The notes beneath the pieces are model-generated. The model saw only the letters and a program-made list of their open reading frames with translations. It searched no databases and had not been told where the DNA came from. 64,000 nucleotides of DNA from NCBI GenBank assembly GCA_964199315.1, contig OZ116702.1, positions 19,778,001-19,842,000 on the forward strand, written 5' to 3'. The translations under genes were made by a program, and so were the position numbers. The DNA comes from Orbicella franksi. Taxonomy: Eukaryota. This document shows positions 60,870-64,000 of the stretch, piece by piece (within the stretch, counting starts at the first letter, position 1; each line of letters opens with the position of its first letter).

Positions 60870-61354
60870 CTGCATAGATGAATTTAAGTTGATTATGGTT
60901 TGTAAGAATACAATTCGTACAGATTAAGCTCATACAAGCTATTCAAAATTAAACAATCAGGCTACATCCTAATGCCACTTGTTATTATGAGGGGATTGCT
61001 TCAGAGAAGAGACCTAAACAGGGGCTTGAGCCAAATTGGCATACTAATTGTCTCTATGCAACCAATGTACTGTGGTGGTGATTTTTCAGTGACAGTACAT
61101 GTAACTCATGCTACATTTACAAAAGTTTCCTATTTACCTCAAGGGACATTGTTTGTGTTACCTTGAGACAGAGAAGATCTTGCGTAGACATTTTAACATG
61201 GGAAACTATGATCATGTGACCAAGTAAGTAGTGTGGGCATAAGCAGGTGTTGAGTGCTAGTGCCACTATGCATTGCCCAAGTTCCTGGCCTTAGTGGCCT
61301 CTAGAAATACTAAACACTTAACCCCTTTGCAGTACATGTAGCAAAACTTGTTAC

Positions 61355-61463
61355 CTGACATTAAACAAGGGGGACAGTAGCCAGGATGGCAAAGTTCCAG
61401 ACATTTGTGATATCCACAACGCAGTTTTTTTCCACAAACAAGGTCACACCTGTGTTCCATGTC
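61355..61463 (-). CDS. NFX1: NFX1 internal exon (NF-X1 zinc finger), [36 protein letters not shown](G)
   Basis: AG acceptor (ccgtag|GAC) and GT donor (TCAG|gtaaca); 109 bp, phase 0 to 1; C-x3-C-x5-C-x2-H-x-C-x3-C-H NF-X1 pattern resembling vertebrate NFX1 DKEHKCPLICGRKLRCG. Confidence 0.93.
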
Positions 61464-61791
61464 CTACGGCAGAGGAATAAAGCCGTATAAGCCCGTATTA
61501 TAACACCAGTTACTTAACTATAATTATCCTGCAAAGTCACTAAGAATATTGCATTAGCTTACATATAAGGCAAAATGAAACTACTTTAGTTTGACCACTT
61601 ATGTCACTTACTTTCCTTCAGTATTTTAGTACCACCGCATATTTTACCAAATTTGCTTTCCTTAGTACATTAGTAAGGTCTTCCGAATTTATACAGAATT
61701 CTGGTTCTTGATTTGAAAAGATAAATTGATTTGTTTAGAAGTTTGTAGCACTTATTTCTTTCTGAATAAACCGCTGCCTTCCCAAGCAAAG

Positions 61792-62190
61792 TGGAGGCGT
61801 GGTGGCCTCATGGTTAGTGCGCTTGACTCTGGATCAATGGTCTGGGTTGAGCCTTGGCTGGGGACATTGTGTTGTGTTCATGGGCAATATACTTTATTCC
61901 ACCCCCATGGCTAGCTGAAAACTGAACGACCCACCCCTTACCAAGGGCTCAAAAACTGATGACCCACCTCCTCTCTTCTCCACCCCCCCCCCCCCGAAAA
62001 AAAAAAAACTTTTTGACCACTCCCTTACTTTCCTCGGAAAGGTAGGGTTAAGTCTGGATATGGGCCAAGTGGTCCATCAGGCCAGAGCTTATCCTGGTTT
62101 CTGTAACTTGCAGCCACTACAAGTATTTGTACTCCCCCCTCTGGATGGGATGTTAGTCCATCACAGGGTTATCCCCAGCATTAAATGACT
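61792..62190. mobile_element. tRNA-derived SINE halves: 5' half on plus (~61792-61910), 3' half on minus (~62040-62190)
   Basis: GGAGGCGTGGTGGCCTCATGGTTAGTGCGCT (A-box-like) ... TGTGTTGTGTTC; second block GGGCCAAGTGG.CCATCAGGCC.GAGCTTATCC...CCCCAGCATTAAAT, recognised as the reverse 3' body. Confidence 0.65.
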
Positions 62191-63419
62191 CGTATGTGAG
62201 TCCCAGGACTCACTATAGCCTTTTTCTAGGTGGATCACTGTTCTACAGGTAGTGAGGCTAAAGGCCAAGTGTGAAAGGTTTGCTGTCAAGTTCTTTTAGA
62301 GTTTACGGACATGACCTAAAGTTGCAAAAGTAAAGGAAAACAATATTATTTTTAGACGACCCCACCCCTGTACTTTTTGACCAGTCCTAATTAATAAAAA
62401 GTGGCTAAAAAAGCGTTGGAGAATTAAGAATTTTCACTACTACAACTTGTTTTCTGTATACTTATGGTAAGTAACAAAATAAAAAAAAAATGTTTCAAAA
62501 AGGTCAATAATGACTTATCATGAGTCTTTATAGGTCCAGGTAATAGAATCTTGAAAATGGCAGCTTTTGTGAAGCGAATACAACTGTTACAAGTTTGTGA
62601 TGCTAAGTGACTAAATTAACTTCATATTATCAAGTCAACAGTCAGTTTTTAGGGGATCTATGTGTTGTAGGGAGCTGCAATCATGTGTAAGGTAATGTCT
62701 CCAAAGTGAAAGAAAATGAAAGTGAAAATAAGAAGTGTTTTGCAGTTTACCTGCTAGAACTTTTTGAAATGAAGATACACATCAAATTGCAAGATCTTGT
62801 GTTAAAACCCTTCATGGCATATAGTCTCCTTAACACCAAGATTTCACTTGCATCATCTGGTATAAAACTTTCACATTAAAGAATGAATGATTTTAGTTCA
62901 GGTAGGTAACTGTTTTCCATTTAAATATGCAGTTTGAAGATTCATACAATCATAAGCAATCAAGATCACAGCTCCCTGGCAACATGTGAAATTGGTAGTT
63001 CTTGTGACAAATGCGAACACAGACACAAATGCAGTTTCAATGAACACTAAAGATTTCACTTGCAACATCGAGTATAAAACTTTCGCTTCAAGGTATGAAT
63101 CACTGAGGTTCCAAACAAACTATTCTTTTGGTTTAGCACATGAAAAAAATCAGTACCATGTACCATGCATGCATGGCATACAACTTGTAAGACTCAAAGT
63201 AAACACGAGCATGCAGCCAATCACCAACTTTGATTTACAGTAGTACCAATACCTAACCAAAAAAGCTGATGTTGAGCAAGTCTCTCTACAATTACAAAAG
63301 TTTGGCCACTGTAATTTTCTTAAAATAAGCTTTATTGGGAATGTATAAGTACTAAGTTATCATAAGTAGTAAAAAGCAAATGTCAAACAGAAAAAGAAAG
63401 GAAGACAGAAAAGAGAATA

Positions 63420-63897
63420 CAGTCGAACCTCTGGCTGCAACCACCTCTGCTCAGCAACCAGTTTTCCAAAATATGAAAATTAAGTTACCAAGTCAGATCA
63501 CTATATTTGGAACCTCTCGCAAGCGACCACCTATCATAAGCGACCGCGACCCCTTTTAGAGCTAAAAGTTTGAAATTTTCTTTTGTTTTTAACCTCCTGT
63601 AAGCGACCACTTGACAGATAATAGAGCATAAATTGGATAATAAGGTGTTGTAACATCATCTCATTCCTTGGTAGTACAAGAGATGGAAATTTCTCAATGG
63701 GAAGTACCGCTTTTTCTTGAAATTGACGTTTCACATGAATACAACAGTTAAAACATGGGGTAAGTCTCTGCAGTTACCATATAATAATGAGGCACAATTT
63801 TGACCCAATATGGTCTTAGCTCTCATATGTGAACACCTCCCGAAAGTGTCCACTTAGGCTTCACATTTTGGGTGGTATGTTATGGGAGGTTTGACTA
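63420..63897. mobile_element. Tc1/mariner-pogo-type MITE
   Basis: TA-CAGTCGAACCTC ... GAGGTTTGACTA-TA; internal AAGCGACC repeats. Confidence 0.8.
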
Positions 63898-64000
63898 TAA
63901 TTGCCAGAAGGGAAAGCGTGAATGGGACAAGAGAACCCATGCAAAGCCCTTCCCAGAATGATATATAACTATATAAAAAAAAACAATGGTTACTCGTGAG

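Noticed and set aside
61500-64000. Upstream NFX1 exon (CGRHKC...CCV)
   Set aside because: No such Cys-rich spliceable segment found; it must lie beyond the window end.

Overview
AT-rich eukaryotic DNA, most likely from a stony coral or other anthozoan (inferred from my recognition of the repeat families, not from a search). Almost the whole window lies inside one minus-strand host gene, NFX1 (NF-X1-type zinc-finger protein). Eight exons (776 bp in total, all GT-AG, all phases compatible) are spread over 439-61463, with introns up to about 21.7 kb. The introns are packed with transposable elements. These include an LTR-to-LTR Gypsy element (157-bp LTRs, 5-bp TSD, ORFs disabled), an internally deleted Ngaro-type tyrosine-recombinase retroelement with split direct repeats, a twin-primed Penelope insertion carrying a mutant hammerhead ribozyme, an 11.8-kb CACTA/EnSpm element with two divergent intron-containing genes, and a deleted Helentron with an OTU domain. 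Smaller elements include a 5-bp-TSD hAT, pogo, BEL/Pao, LINE and Crypton remnants, tRNA-derived SINEs, many MITEs and two minisatellite arrays. The most interesting observations concern host-TE interfaces. First, the Helentron terminal motif is a perfect 13-nt antisense to the nearby NFX1 5' splice site and can alternatively fold into its own 14-bp hairpin. Second, the CpG-preserved bidirectional CACTA promoter drives intact first exons that could splice in frame into NFX1. All family assignments come from motif recognition by eye; no database search was run.
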